From: Octopus sinensis
Taxonomy: Eukaryota
DNA length: 64,000 nucleotides
NCBI RefSeq assembly: GCF_006345805.1
Contig: NC_043001.1
Location: 87,730,001-87,794,000 of the forward strand
Reading direction: 5' to 3'
Shown here: in pieces, positions 50,790-62,318 of the stretch
Numbering within the stretch: the stretch's first letter is position 1
Layout: each line of letters starts with the position of its first letter
Translations under genes and position numbers: made by a program
The notes under the pieces: model-generated
Databases searched by the model: none
Told to the model about the DNA's origin: nothing
Seen by the model: the letters and a program-made list of their open reading frames with translations, nothing else

Positions 50790-51093
50790 TCTTCTTCTTC
50801 TTCTTCTTCTTCTTCTTCTTCTCTTCTTCTTCTTCTTCTTCTTTCTCTTCTTCTTCTTCTTCTTCTTCTTCTTCTTCTTCTTCTTCTTCTTCTCTTCTTC
50901 TTCTTCTCTTCTTCTTCTTCTTCTCTTCTTCTTCTTCTCTTCTTCTTCTTCTTCTTCTTCTTCTTCCTTTCTCTTCTTCTTTTCTTCTTCTTCTTCTTCT
51001 TCTTCTTCTTCTTCTTCCTTTCTCTTCTTCTTCTTCTTCTTCTTCTTCTTCCTCCAAATTCTTCGTGTGTGTGAGTGTGTGTGTGTGTGTGTA

Positions 51094-51158
<65 letters not shown>
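50790..51158. repeat. Compound (TTC)n, (GT)n, (GA)n microsatellite
   Basis: Direct reading. Confidence 0.97.
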
Positions 51159-51159
<1 letters not shown>

Positions 51160-53088
51160 GGGGGGGATTAAAATTCTGTTCGCAGAAAGGTAATGAGAAA
51201 AGAAAGAGGCGTCAGTAACGAGAAGAGCAGTGCATTGATAGGCGAGGAATAAAATAACAGGCACTGAAAATACAGATTTTTCTGCCGCTAGTTTTTGGTT
51301 TGCAAACCAGAAGTCTTTGTTTTTAGCTCAGAAATGATTTTTCCGTTTCTGTTTCATACCGTTACAAATCTAATAATGTTTTCGTTTAGCATTCACATCC
51401 AGGAACTCCGTACATTTTCTTTTTCTTTCTCTTGTGTGTCTGGGTTCAATTGTTTGTAGTGGCGTTGGTATATTACCATTTTCTTTCGACGACATCTTGT
51501 TTATTCTTTTTTCTTTGTTCTAAAAACAAAATACTTGAAATATGTTGCCTACTGTAAATTTTTGTTTAACAGTCAATTTTCTTTTTTCTGTTGGACTGCA
51601 CATCAATTTTCCCCATATTAATGTCCAATTTGATAATTTTTAATATTGAAAAAATAATTTTTAAACTGGGGCAAAATAAGTAATGACTAATTTCAATAAA
51701 CTCTTCTCTTTAACTACATGGTGCAGAAATGTATCAGGAAGTGAACCAGAATGAATAAGCACCCCATATAACCTCTCATAACTTTTATTGTTTGAAATTT
51801 TCAGAAGATTTTTGCGAATTTGTATCCTACACACGGGAATCCATACGACTATGAAAATCAACGAAAACTTTTGTGTGTGTGTGTGTGTGATTTAAGAGCT
51901 ATTTGGCTGTAATATTTAGCACATCTCAAGACCAGCTGGTACACTCCCCTTTTGCTTGTCATTCTGACGTATTGAAAAATTCGAAAAATTGAAAGAGAAT
52001 TTTTTAATAGTTGTATGAATTCCCGTGTGTAGAACACAAATCCGCAAAAAATCAAAAAAATCAAAAAGTTATGAGAGGTTATATGGAGTGCTTAAACTGG
52101 AATTCTGCCGAGAGCTACTCCAGCAGATCATGAGAAGCTATAGAGAATATTTTATGTTGAGTTATTTGATTTAGTTGGGTTTCGTTAATTTCATATCGTA
52201 CCATTTTTCCATAATTCTCTTTCGTTTGACCTAGATATTTGAAATTTTTGCTGAATTTCTGATCTTTCTAGTGTCTAAGAGTGGAAATTGATGAGTACGA
52301 GATTTTCTTTTCAAATGTTATTCTGAAAAATTTGAAGAGACAAATTTACCTTATCTTGTCTTATTCATTTTGCCCCATCTAAATTTGTCTTTAATATGCT
52401 GAAATAATTTTGTGAAATAGTGTTTTGAAAGTTATAGTATATTAATGCATTTAGAGAAGGTTATTTGCTTGTAAAACTACTCTTTTCCTCTAAGTCAAAA
52501 GTGTAGTCAATATTACTCATTGTACCCCACCACACTTACTGGTGGCGGAGAAAGCAGGCTTTTGGAATAGCTGTCACATACATGTTGAAATTCTCTCTTT
52601 ATCTTGATAGCAAAACAACGAAGAGAGACTTTTTTAAAACAAAATGTATTAAAATCCATGTCTTTCAACTCCATATCTCTTTCCAGCACACACACACATT
52701 CTCATCATGGCTTTGGAACAGTAACAACCACTAAAATGGTATATTTTTATTTTCATTTGGGGGGGGGGGGTTCTGTAATTTTTTCGTATTCTATCCCCCT
52801 TCTTCCCTCCGCCATTGTACTTATCACATTGAACATAAAAACGAACACTGCAAGTGAATGTGTGAGGAAAAGAATTGAATTTTGACATCTGTAAAGCGAC
52901 ATTTTCAGTCATTTATTTAAAATTTCTCTGCTAACTCATCACATCCAATTACATCCAATAGATGGGTTTTGAGATATAGATTTTCTATATTTCCATAACT
53001 TTAATTCTTCTGTAAGAGGGGCCCACAGAATTTCAAGTCCTCAGGCCCTCCATGGTTTAAATTCAGTCTTGGCTATGTAAAATACTGT

Positions 53089-55506
53089 TTAATTTATTCT
53101 TTTAAAGGTTTTAAGAACCGCGGGATCGGTACTCTTTGGTAAAGAACTGCGACGAGGATGAAATGAGGTGTCTGGCGCCCATGTACGTTTTTTACCAAAA
53201 ATACTGTGTACTTTATCTCGTAATTTGGTCGCTGCTTTTTTGAAGATACGACGACCCGCGCGGTTATGTGAAGAGGAGATTGGATGCCGTACATTTGATG
53301 CAATTCGTTCCAGTGAATCTCGATGTAGATATGATAGCTCTGGACTATGTAGTTGATGTGATCTAGTATCTTCCAGTGATTCTGGTGGTCGACTAGATGG
53401 TTGAAATGGCTCTACATTAATGTCATAGTCTGGTTGTTCAGTGGAGCGAAGGCGACGTGCTATTGCTTCCCATTGTGATCTAGTAAATTTCAGATCTCCT
53501 AATTGACTATATTGCTGTGAACGTGAACGGTCATGCTTGGAATTAGATGGCTCTACATGAATGTGATAGTCTGGTACATATCGGGAACTATGTGGTTGTT
53601 CAGTGGAGCGAAGGCGCCGTACTATTGCCTCCCATTGTGATCTAGTAAGTTTCAGATCTCCTAATTGACTATATTGCTGTGAACGTGAACGGTCATGCTT
53701 GGAATTAGATGGCTCTACATTAATGTCATGGTCTAGTACATATCGGGAACTATGTGGTTGTTCAGTGGAGCGAAGGCGCCGTACTATTGCTTCCCATTGT
53801 GATCTAGTAAGTTTCAGATCTCCTAATTGACTGTATAGTTGTGAACGTGAACGGTCATGCTTGGAATTAGATGGCTCTACATTAATGTCATGGTCTAGTA
53901 CATATCGGGAACTATGTGGTTGTTCAGCGGAGCGAAGGCGCCGTACTATTGCTTCCCATTGTGATCTAGTAAGTTTCAGATCTCCTAATTGACTGTATAG
54001 TTGTGAACGTGAACGGTCATGCTTGGAATTAGATGGCTCTACATGAATGTGATAGTCTGATACATATCGTGGAGGTCGTCTATCAATTTTCAGTGCAGCT
54101 CCACGTTTGCGTAATGGTTTTACGGTATGGAAATATTCTGATATATATCGCGGACTATGTAGTTGATATGATCTAGTATGTTCCAGTGATTCTGATGGCC
54201 GACTAGCTGGTTGAAATGGCTCTACATTAATGTCATAGTCTGATACATATCGTGGAGGTCGTATATCAACTCTCAGTGCAGTTTTGTGTACGTGTGGTGG
54301 TCCTACATTGTGGTGATATTCTGATACATATCGTGAAGTATGTGGTTGTGAAGTGACGTGAGAGCCCCGGTTTTTCAATGCCTTTCGTAATCCATCAATC
54401 TCGTAATTGACTATATCCAGTGAATCTCGTAATTGACTATATTGCTGTGAACGTGAAAGGCCTTGCTTGGATTTTGGGCTTGCTGAATTATTATTATTCT
54501 GTAAATATGAAACACTCCAACACCGAAGAGGCGCTGAAACTTTGCTTTCAGAAATTCTTCTATGAGGATAATTTGTTTTTCTTTCAGATCTGTAATATGA
54601 TATGTCTACCACCGAAAGTCTGTATTCACATGACGACATACGGTGAGGATATGGTTTTGGTATACTGAGGTGTTGTTCGTGTGTTGTGAAATTTTGGCAT
54701 TCCTCAAATGGTCTTCTAGTTGACGAAATTCCATCATTATTTTCTGGTTGTTCCTGCCTTGAACGTTTAGGAATATAGAACGAGCATGTTAAATTTGTCT
54801 TACTATTTTGAATCCTTTCCGTGGCTGTATTAATGCGATGTGGGTTTATTCTTGATATGGAAGATATTTTTCCTCCTTTGATTATGTATTTTTTGTTCGT
54901 TGCAAAATTTTCCTCGTCTTCTTTTGGTGAAAAGTTATCTAATTCTGCGCTTCTCTTGTTCAATTTTACTGGATGTTTGTCACGGCAGACATCCTTTTCT
55001 CCATTCAGTGTCTTACACTCCAATTTGTTGTTTACATACATGTTCTTATCGTCTGCTACTTCACATACACATCTCTTAGTTTTCTCGTCTTTTGAATAGT
55101 CATGTTTTGCTATTTCATCATCATCATTTAACTGGTTATTGTTTTGATCTTCCATAACATCTATTTGAATCGTTTCCATCACATCACCAATATGATTCTC
55201 AGTATTATTTTCACGATCGTCGTCTCGAGAATCAATGTGTCCAGTATTTTCTTCTGTAAAATCCTCGCCTTCATTCAGTTCTGTAGTTTTGTGTAATCCC
55301 TCATTTAGAACATCTGGATATTGCGAATGGCCAGCCATTTTTTCAGTTTCGGAACAGAGGTTCTTATAACACTTCGAAAAAACATAACTCTCTGTGGTAT
55401 TCATTCTGGTCACCTCAAATTGACTCTCAATGCAGAGAAATGAAACTAAATGGTTTAATAATGATTTCCTTTCAACTATGACGTCATCAATGAATGTGAC
55501 AGTCAT
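53089..55506 (-). CDS. Uncharacterised repeat-protein family, paralog 3 (805 aa; MNTTE ATG at 55404)
   Basis: Open 2.4-kb frame with four 162-bp tandem repeats at ~53430-54075. Confidence 0.87.
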   Translation of the reverse strand: MTVTFIDDVIVERKSLLNHLVSFLCIESQFEVTRMNTTESYVFSKCYKNLCSETEKMAGHSQYPDVLNEGLHKTTELNEGEDFTEENTGHIDSRDDDRENNTENHIGDVMETIQIDVMEDQNNNQLNDDDEIAKHDYSKDEKTKRCVCEVADDKNMYVNNKLECKTLNGEKDVCRDKHPVKLNKRSAELDNFSPKEDEENFATNKKYIIKGGKISSISRINPHRINTATERIQNSKTNLTCSFYIPKRSRQEQPENNDGISSTRRPFEECQNFTTHEQHLSIPKPYPHRMSSCEYRLSVVDISYYRSERKTNYPHRRISESKVSAPLRCWSVSYLQNNNNSASPKSKQGLSRSQQYSQLRDSLDIVNYEIDGLRKALKNRGSHVTSQPHTSRYVSEYHHNVGPPHVHKTALRVDIRPPRYVSDYDINVEPFQPASRPSESLEHTRSYQLHSPRYISEYFHTVKPLRKRGAALKIDRRPPRYVSDYHIHVEPSNSKHDRSRSQLYSQLGDLKLTRSQWEAIVRRLRSAEQPHSSRYVLDHDINVEPSNSKHDRSRSQLYSQLGDLKLTRSQWEAIVRRLRSTEQPHSSRYVLDHDINVEPSNSKHDRSRSQQYSQLGDLKLTRSQWEAIVRRLRSTEQPHSSRYVPDYHIHVEPSNSKHDRSRSQQYSQLGDLKFTRSQWEAIARRLRSTEQPDYDINVEPFQPSSRPPESLEDTRSHQLHSPELSYLHRDSLERIASNVRHPISSSHNRAGRRIFKKAATKLRDKVHSIFGKKRTWAPDTSFHPRRSSLPKSTDPAVLKTFKRIN

Positions 55507-55515
55507 TTTGGCATC

Positions 55516-55599
<84 letters not shown>

Positions 55600-55602
<3 letters not shown>

Positions 55603-56433
55603 TAGTTTTATTTTTATAGCGTGCTTTCACTTCACTACCGGGCACAGCTCTGTGTGCCTTGGGTATGTGCTGTGATTTGTTGTGATGCTCTGATGGTTAT
55701 TGTATGGAAAGTGTTCTGCGTAGGATGTGTGCAGTGCCTAGTAGTGCAATTTTCTGTATGTTATATGTGTTTGTAAGTCCTGGTGTTTTTGTTATGTATT
55801 TGTCTGAATATTTTTTTATCATGCCTAATGCACCTACTATGATAGGAATTGTTTCTGTTTTCAGATTCCACATTCTAGTTACCTCTATTTCCAGGTCTTT
55901 GTATTTTGAGAGTTTCTCCATTTCTTTTAGAGACACGTTGTCATCAGCCGGTATTGATACATCAATTAGAAAGCATTTTTTTTCTTCATGATCTCTGACA
56001 ACTATATCTGGTCTGTTGGCCTTAATTTCTCTATCTGTGTGTATCGGCATATCCCAGAGTATGGTTGCTTTCTCGTTTTCTGTGACCTTTTCTGGTGTGT
56101 GCCTATACCATCTTTTTTCTGTTGTTATTCCATAATGTTGGCATAGCTTCCAATGTATGTAGGTTCCAACTCTGTCATGTCTGTGAATATATTCCTTCTT
56201 AGCCAGGTCTGGGCAGCTAGCGATAATATGATTTATTGTTTCTTGTCCATCTCCACATATTCTGCAGTTACTTGTAATATTTCTTTTCATTACATGTTTT
56301 TGGTAATTTCTGGTGGGGAGGCTTTGGTCTTGTGCTGCAATTAAAAATCCCTCTGTTTCTGCTTTGAGTCCTGAACTTCTCAACCATTGCTGGGATTTTT
56401 CTTTGTCTATTTCTTTTGCGTTTAGTTTAGTCC

Positions 56434-56436
<3 letters not shown>
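55600..56436 (-). mobile_element. 5'-truncated R4/Dong-clade non-LTR retrotransposon (RLE domain) in (TAA)n
   Basis: Open frame ETEGFLIAAQDQ, CRICGDGQETINHIIASC (CCHC), RHD, RPDIVV...LIDVSIP (PD-D/ExK), EKLSKY, IIVGALG. Short 3' UTR with AATAAA; TAA repeats on both sides. Confidence 0.9.
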
Positions 56437-56469
<33 letters not shown>

Positions 56470-59400
56470 TATTATTATTATTATTAGTAGTAGTAGTAGT
56501 AGTAGTAGTAGCAGCAGCAGCAGCAGCAGCTGCTAACCAAACCCTAATTCTCTCTGACTCCGAGACTCAAAACCACTACTGATGGCGACAGCAGCAACAG
56601 CGGCGGTCACCAGTCAAATTCCACACGTTAATATGAATATTATTTCAAATATATATAACAGCTGATAATGGTTCAATTGGTGAAACAATAAACAAAATGT
56701 CTAGCTGTATTCAGTTACGTATATTTCCGTTCTGTATTCAAACATTGTGGTTGGTAAGATGAGCACTAATTAAATACTGAAGTAGATTTTAATTAACTAT
56801 TTCTTCATCTTAAAATTTTCAGTTTCCATCATAAAATTGCAGTTTCGTGGTTATGCTAAAAATTCATAGAGGTATCTAATCGATTCCAACACCGAAAGAC
56901 AAGCCACAAAATATATCTACCTAGAATTGGAAAAACTCAATCGCAAGTGTGTATTTCGTGCTACGCTGAATATTACGAAATGATAAGAGGATCATTTTAT
57001 TGCCGAAGTCGTTTGGGAGAGCGTGTATTTCGTACCTGATAAAATAAGTTCGTGTCGACCAGATTTTGTAGCTTCACTAATGTCCAGTTAAGTTACATGT
57101 AGCTGAGATAAGAACTAAAGCCGCATGTCAAACAGAGTAACTGAATTTTCTGGGAAATGAATTGAGAGGAAGCCATTCCCGAAAGTTCGAAAGGAGGGTT
57201 GGTAAAGATCTACAAAACTTCGATAGTTTATTAATTCTTTACTATTTGGTTATATAGCTACTTTGAAACAACTATTGTTTTACTACCCCAAATGTTACTT
57301 AGCGAGGTCTCAGAATGCTATAACTTGTAGACACGAGCTATGACAATGAACAGATTTAATTGTCGCTTGACAAACAAGTTTTCTTAAAACCCATCGGTGT
57401 AGCTAAGCAATAGTCTTGAGGGAAGTGTAGAGTGAGGAAAAGTGCTTGTTATTGGAAGAGTTGTCAAGTATTGTCGCATTTCTATCAGCTAGATATCATG
57501 ATATCTTCTTTTATATTATAGAAGACTAGCGAAGTGTTCAAGAGAGGATGATTGGACATACACGCGTTTGTCATGAGTGTACTTTGAGCAGACATTTTCC
57601 GATGTACTTTAGGTTGAGGAAAATAGATAATTTCGAAAGTCACTTGGTCTAGTAGTCATACAAATTAATATCGTTATCTCTTCATCATGTTAAAACATCC
57701 AGCTGAATATGATGTGGACAAGGCTGAAAGACCTCTTAAAAGGTATTTTCTTCTTTAAACGAAACATTGTAAACTGTCTTTAAGTATCACGGGACGTGGA
57801 AGAAAGAATAGAGAAAGAAACTTTACATGCCAGTAAACTTTTTCCTAAAAGGTGAGAATTTAATGAGTGGAATAAGGGACTGATTTTGCAGTTTTGCTTA
57901 GAAATAGGAGTTTGAACAGGGAATAGGCTCAGAGTTAGAGGACGGTTTTCAGGTGTGTGTGCCTTAACGTCTTAGATAAACGGTCACCCATTGAAAGGAA
58001 ACCTTGTGTGTGTATCTATGTGTGTGTATGTATATGTATATGTGTGTGTGTATGCATGTGTATATGGGATGGCAGACAGTTTAGAAGTAAGGAAAAGGCT
58101 CAAGTTTTTAGATATTTTTCATTTGTTTTACTTATCCTTTCTATAGTTATGCAGAGCTTTTGGACTACGAATTTTATTCTCCTTTCAGACTTTTATTACC
58201 AGTGATTGCGTCAAGTGTGACTCAAGGATGGGGAGTTTCTAGCATGGTATGCAACTGTGCATTCATTGGTGATGTGATTCTATCTTATATATATTGTTTC
58301 TCATTCTTGATTACATACACAGAACCTCTCACACACACATCCGAACACGCATTCATGCACACACACGTGCATGTACGCACACACCTATACATACATACAT
58401 AAGCATGCATATACACACATATACATATACATACACACACATAGATACACACACAAGGTTTCCTTTCAGTGGGTGACCGTTGCTTTAAGATGGTAAGGCA
58501 CACACCTGAAAACCGTCCTCTAACTCTGAGCCTATTCCCTGTTCAAACTCCTATTTCTAAGCAAAACTGCAAAATCAGTCCCTTATTCCACTCATTAAAT
58601 TCTCACCTTTTAGGAAAAAGTTTACTGGCATGTAAAGTTTCTTTCTCTATTCTTTCTTCCACGTCCCGTGATACTTAAAGACAGTTTACAATGTTTCGTT
58701 TAAAGAAGAAAATACCTTTTAAGAGGTCTTTCAGCCTTGTCCACATCATATTCAGCTGGATGTTTTAACATGATGAAGAGATAACGATATTAATTTGTAT
58801 GACTACTAGACCAAGTGACTTTCGAAATTATCTATTTTCCTCAACCTAAAGTACATCGGAAAATGTCTGCTCAAAGTACACTCATGACAAACGCGTGTAT
58901 GTCCAATCATCCTCACTTGAACACTTCGCTAGTCTTCTATAATATAAAAGAAGGTATCATGATATCTAGCTGATAGAAATGTGACAATACTTGACAACTC
59001 TTCCAATAACAAGCACTTTTCCTCACTCTACACTTCCCTCAAGACTATTGCTTAGCTACACCGATGGGTTTTAAGAAAACTTGTTTGTCAAGCGACAATT
59101 AAATCTGTTCATTGTCATAGCTCGTGTCTACAAGTTATAGCATTCTGAGACCTCGCTAAGTAACATTTGGGGTAGTAAAACAGTAGTTGTTTCAAAGTAG
59201 CTATATAACCAAATAGTAAAGAATTAATAAACTATCGAAGTTTTGTAGATCTTTACCACCACCTCCTTTCGAACTTTCGAGAATGGTTTCCTCTCAATTC
59301 ATTTCCCAGAAAATTCAGTTACTCTGTTCGGCATGCGGCTTTAGTTCTTATCTCAGCTACATGTAACTTAACTGGACTTTAGTGAAGCTACAAAATCTGG

Positions 59401-60167
59401 TCGACACGAACTTATTTTATCAGGTACGAAATACACGCTCTCCCAAACGACTTGGGCAATAAAATGATCCTCTTATCATTTCGTAATATTCAGCGTAGCA
59501 CGAAATACACACTTGCGATTGAGTTTTTCCAATTCTAGGTAGATATATTTTGTGGCTTGTATTTCGGTATTGGAATCGATTAGATGCTTCTATGATTTTT
59601 TAGCATAACCACGAAACTGCAATTTTATGATGGAAACTGAACATTTTAAGATGAAGAAATAGTTAATTAAAATCTACTTCGGTATTTAATTAGTGCTCAT
59701 CTTACCAACCACAATGTTTGAATACAGAACGGAAATATACGTAACTGAATACAGCTAGACATTTTGTTTATTGTTTCACCAATTGAACCATTATCAGCTG
59801 TTATATATATTTGAAATAATATTCATATTAACGTGTGAAATTTGACTGGTGACCGCCGTTGCTGCTGCTGCTTCTGTTGTTGTTGTTAAGCAACAAGACG
59901 GGTAAGGGTGATTGGGTGATGGTCTAGGGCTTAGGGGCGGGAGATCCCAGACTTTTGAAGAAAAAAAAAACCGTTGGTCGTCTTGTTGTAGTCGAGGGCT
60001 CTTCGTTGACGCCGGACACCACTAGGAGGTGGCTCTCTCAGTCCCTGGAAATGGAAATCTCCAGGTCCAAATTCTTGAACGGCTGTAGCTGCTGTCGCCA
60101 TCAGTGGTGGTTTTGAGCCTCGGAGGCAGAGAGAAATAGGGTTTGGTTAGCGATGCTAGTACTACTG

Positions 60168-60273
<106 letters not shown>

Positions 60274-60386
60274 ACGATGCCAAAATGACTGTCACATTCA
60301 TTGATGACGTCATAGTTGAACGGAAATCATTTTTCAATCACTGAGTTTCATTTCTCTGCATTGAGAGTCAATTTGAGGTGACCAAA

Positions 60387-62318
60387 ATGAATACCACGGA
60401 GAATTATATTTTTTCGAAGTGTTATGAGAACCTCTATTCCGAAACTGAAAAAATGGCTGACCATTCGCAATATCCAGATGTTCTAAATGAGGGATTACAC
60501 AAAACTACAGAACTGAATGAAGGCGAGGATTTTACAGAAGGAAAAACTGGACACATTGATTCTCGAGACGACGATCGTGAAAATAATACTGAGAATCATA
60601 TTGGTGATGTGATGGAAATGATTCAAATAGATGTTAAGGAAGGTCAAGACAATGACAAGTTAAACGATGATGATGAAACAGCAAAACATGACTACTCAAA
60701 AGATGAGAAAACTAAGAGAAGTGCATGTGAAGTAGCAGACGATAAGAACGTGTATGTAAACAACAGATTGGAATGTAAGACACTAAATGGAGAAAAGGAT
60801 GTCTGCCCTGACAAACATCCAGTAAAATTGAACAAGAGAAGCGCAGAATTAGATAACTCTTTACCGAAGGAAGACGGGGAAAATTTTGCAACGAACAAAA
60901 AATGCATAATCAAAGGAGGAAAAATATCTTCGATATCAAGAATAAACCCACATCGCATTAATACAGCCACGGAAAGGATTCAAAATAGTAAGACAAATTT
61001 AACAAGCTCGTTCTATATTCCTAAACGTTTAAGGCAGGAACAACCAGAAAATAATGATGGAATTTCGTCAACTAGAAGACCATTTGAGAAATGGCAAAAT
61101 TTCACAGCACACGAACAACACCTCAATATACCAAAACCATATCCTCGCCGTATGTCGTCATGTGAATACAGACTTTCGATGGTAGACATGTTATATAACA
61201 GATCTGAAAGAAAAACAAATTATCCTCGTAGAAGAATTTCTGAAAGCAAAGTTTCAGCGCCTCTCAGGCGTCGGAGTGTTTCATATTTACAGAATAATAA
61301 TTCAGCTAGCCCAAAATCCAAGCAAGGCCTTTCACGTTCACAGCAATATAGACAATTACGAGATTCACTGGATATAGTTATTTACGAGATTGATAGATTA
61401 CGAAAGGCATTAAAAAACCGGCGCTCCCACATCGCTTCACAACCACATACTTCACGTCCACGGCGATATAGTCACTTACGAGATTCACTGGAACTTGCTA
61501 AATTACGATGGGCATCAAAAAACCGGGGCTCTCCCTTCACTGCACAACCACATACTTCACGATATGTACCAGAATATCACCAAAATGTAAGACCACCACA
61601 CGTACACAAAACTGCACTGAGAGTTGGTAGACGACCTTCACGATATGTATCAGACTATCACATTCATGTAGAGCATAATTCCAAGCATAACCGTTCACGT
61701 TCACAACCATACAGTCAATTAGGAGATCTGAAACTTACTAGATCACAATGGGCATTAATAGCACGGCGCCTTCGCTCCACTGAACAACCACATAGTTCCC
61801 GATATGTACCAGACTATCACATTAATGTAGAGCCATCTAATTCCAAGCATGACCGTTCACGTTCACAGCAATATAGTCAATTAGAAGATCTGAAACTTAC
61901 TAGATCACAATGGGCATCAATAGTACGGCGCCTTCGCTCCACTGAACAACCAAACTATGACATTAATGTAGAGCCATTTCAACCATCTAGTCGACCACCA
62001 GAATCACTGGAAGATACTAGATCACATCAACTACATAGTCCACGATATATATCAGACTTTCAGACTATAGAGCCATCATATCCACATCGAGATTCACTGG
62101 AAAGAAATGCATCAAATGTAGGGAAACCTGTCTCCTCTTCACATAATCGCGCGGGTCGTCGTATCCTCACAAAAGTAGCGAACAAATTACGAGATAAAGT
62201 ACGCAGTATTTTTGGTAAAAAACGTATATGGGCGCCAGACACCTCATTTCATCCTCGAAGTTATTTACCAAAGAATGCCAGTTCCGCGGTTCTTCAAACC
62301 TCTAAAAGAATAAATTAA
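60387..62318 (+). CDS. Uncharacterised repeat-protein family, paralog 4 (~643 aa from MNTTE)
   Basis: Open 1.9-kb frame with two repeats (159/162 bp). The upstream ATG at 60285 is cut off by TGA at 60342. Confidence 0.85.
   Translation: MNTTENYIFSKCYENLYSETEKMADHSQYPDVLNEGLHKTTELNEGEDFTEGKTGHIDSRDDDRENNTENHIGDVMEMIQIDVKEGQDNDKLNDDDETAKHDYSKDEKTKRSACEVADDKNVYVNNRLECKTLNGEKDVCPDKHPVKLNKRSAELDNSLPKEDGENFATNKKCIIKGGKISSISRINPHRINTATERIQNSKTNLTSSFYIPKRLRQEQPENNDGISSTRRPFEKWQNFTAHEQHLNIPKPYPRRMSSCEYRLSMVDMLYNRSERKTNYPRRRISESKVSAPLRRRSVSYLQNNNSASPKSKQGLSRSQQYRQLRDSLDIVIYEIDRLRKALKNRRSHIASQPHTSRPRRYSHLRDSLELAKLRWASKNRGSPFTAQPHTSRYVPEYHQNVRPPHVHKTALRVGRRPSRYVSDYHIHVEHNSKHNRSRSQPYSQLGDLKLTRSQWALIARRLRSTEQPHSSRYVPDYHINVEPSNSKHDRSRSQQYSQLEDLKLTRSQWASIVRRLRSTEQPNYDINVEPFQPSSRPPESLEDTRSHQLHSPRYISDFQTIEPSYPHRDSLERNASNVGKPVSSSHNRAGRRILTKVANKLRDKVRSIFGKKRIWAPDTSFHPRSYLPKNASSAVLQTSKRIN

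Noticed and set aside
50692-51264. Poly-Glu/Arg/Lys/Ser/Leu ORFs (also 14741-15281 and poly-Asp 25160-25528)
   Set aside because: Simple (TTC)n, (GAAA)n and (GAT)n tracts; no splice or domain support.
53430-54075. CRISPR-like or other prokaryotic array
   Set aside because: The repeats are contiguous in-frame units without unique spacers, and the context is eukaryotic.
57175-57189. Three-unit heat-shock element aTTCccGAAagTTCg, mirrored at 59270-59284
   Set aside because: A rough estimate gives about one such match by chance in 64 kb; the second copy is just the palindrome arm.
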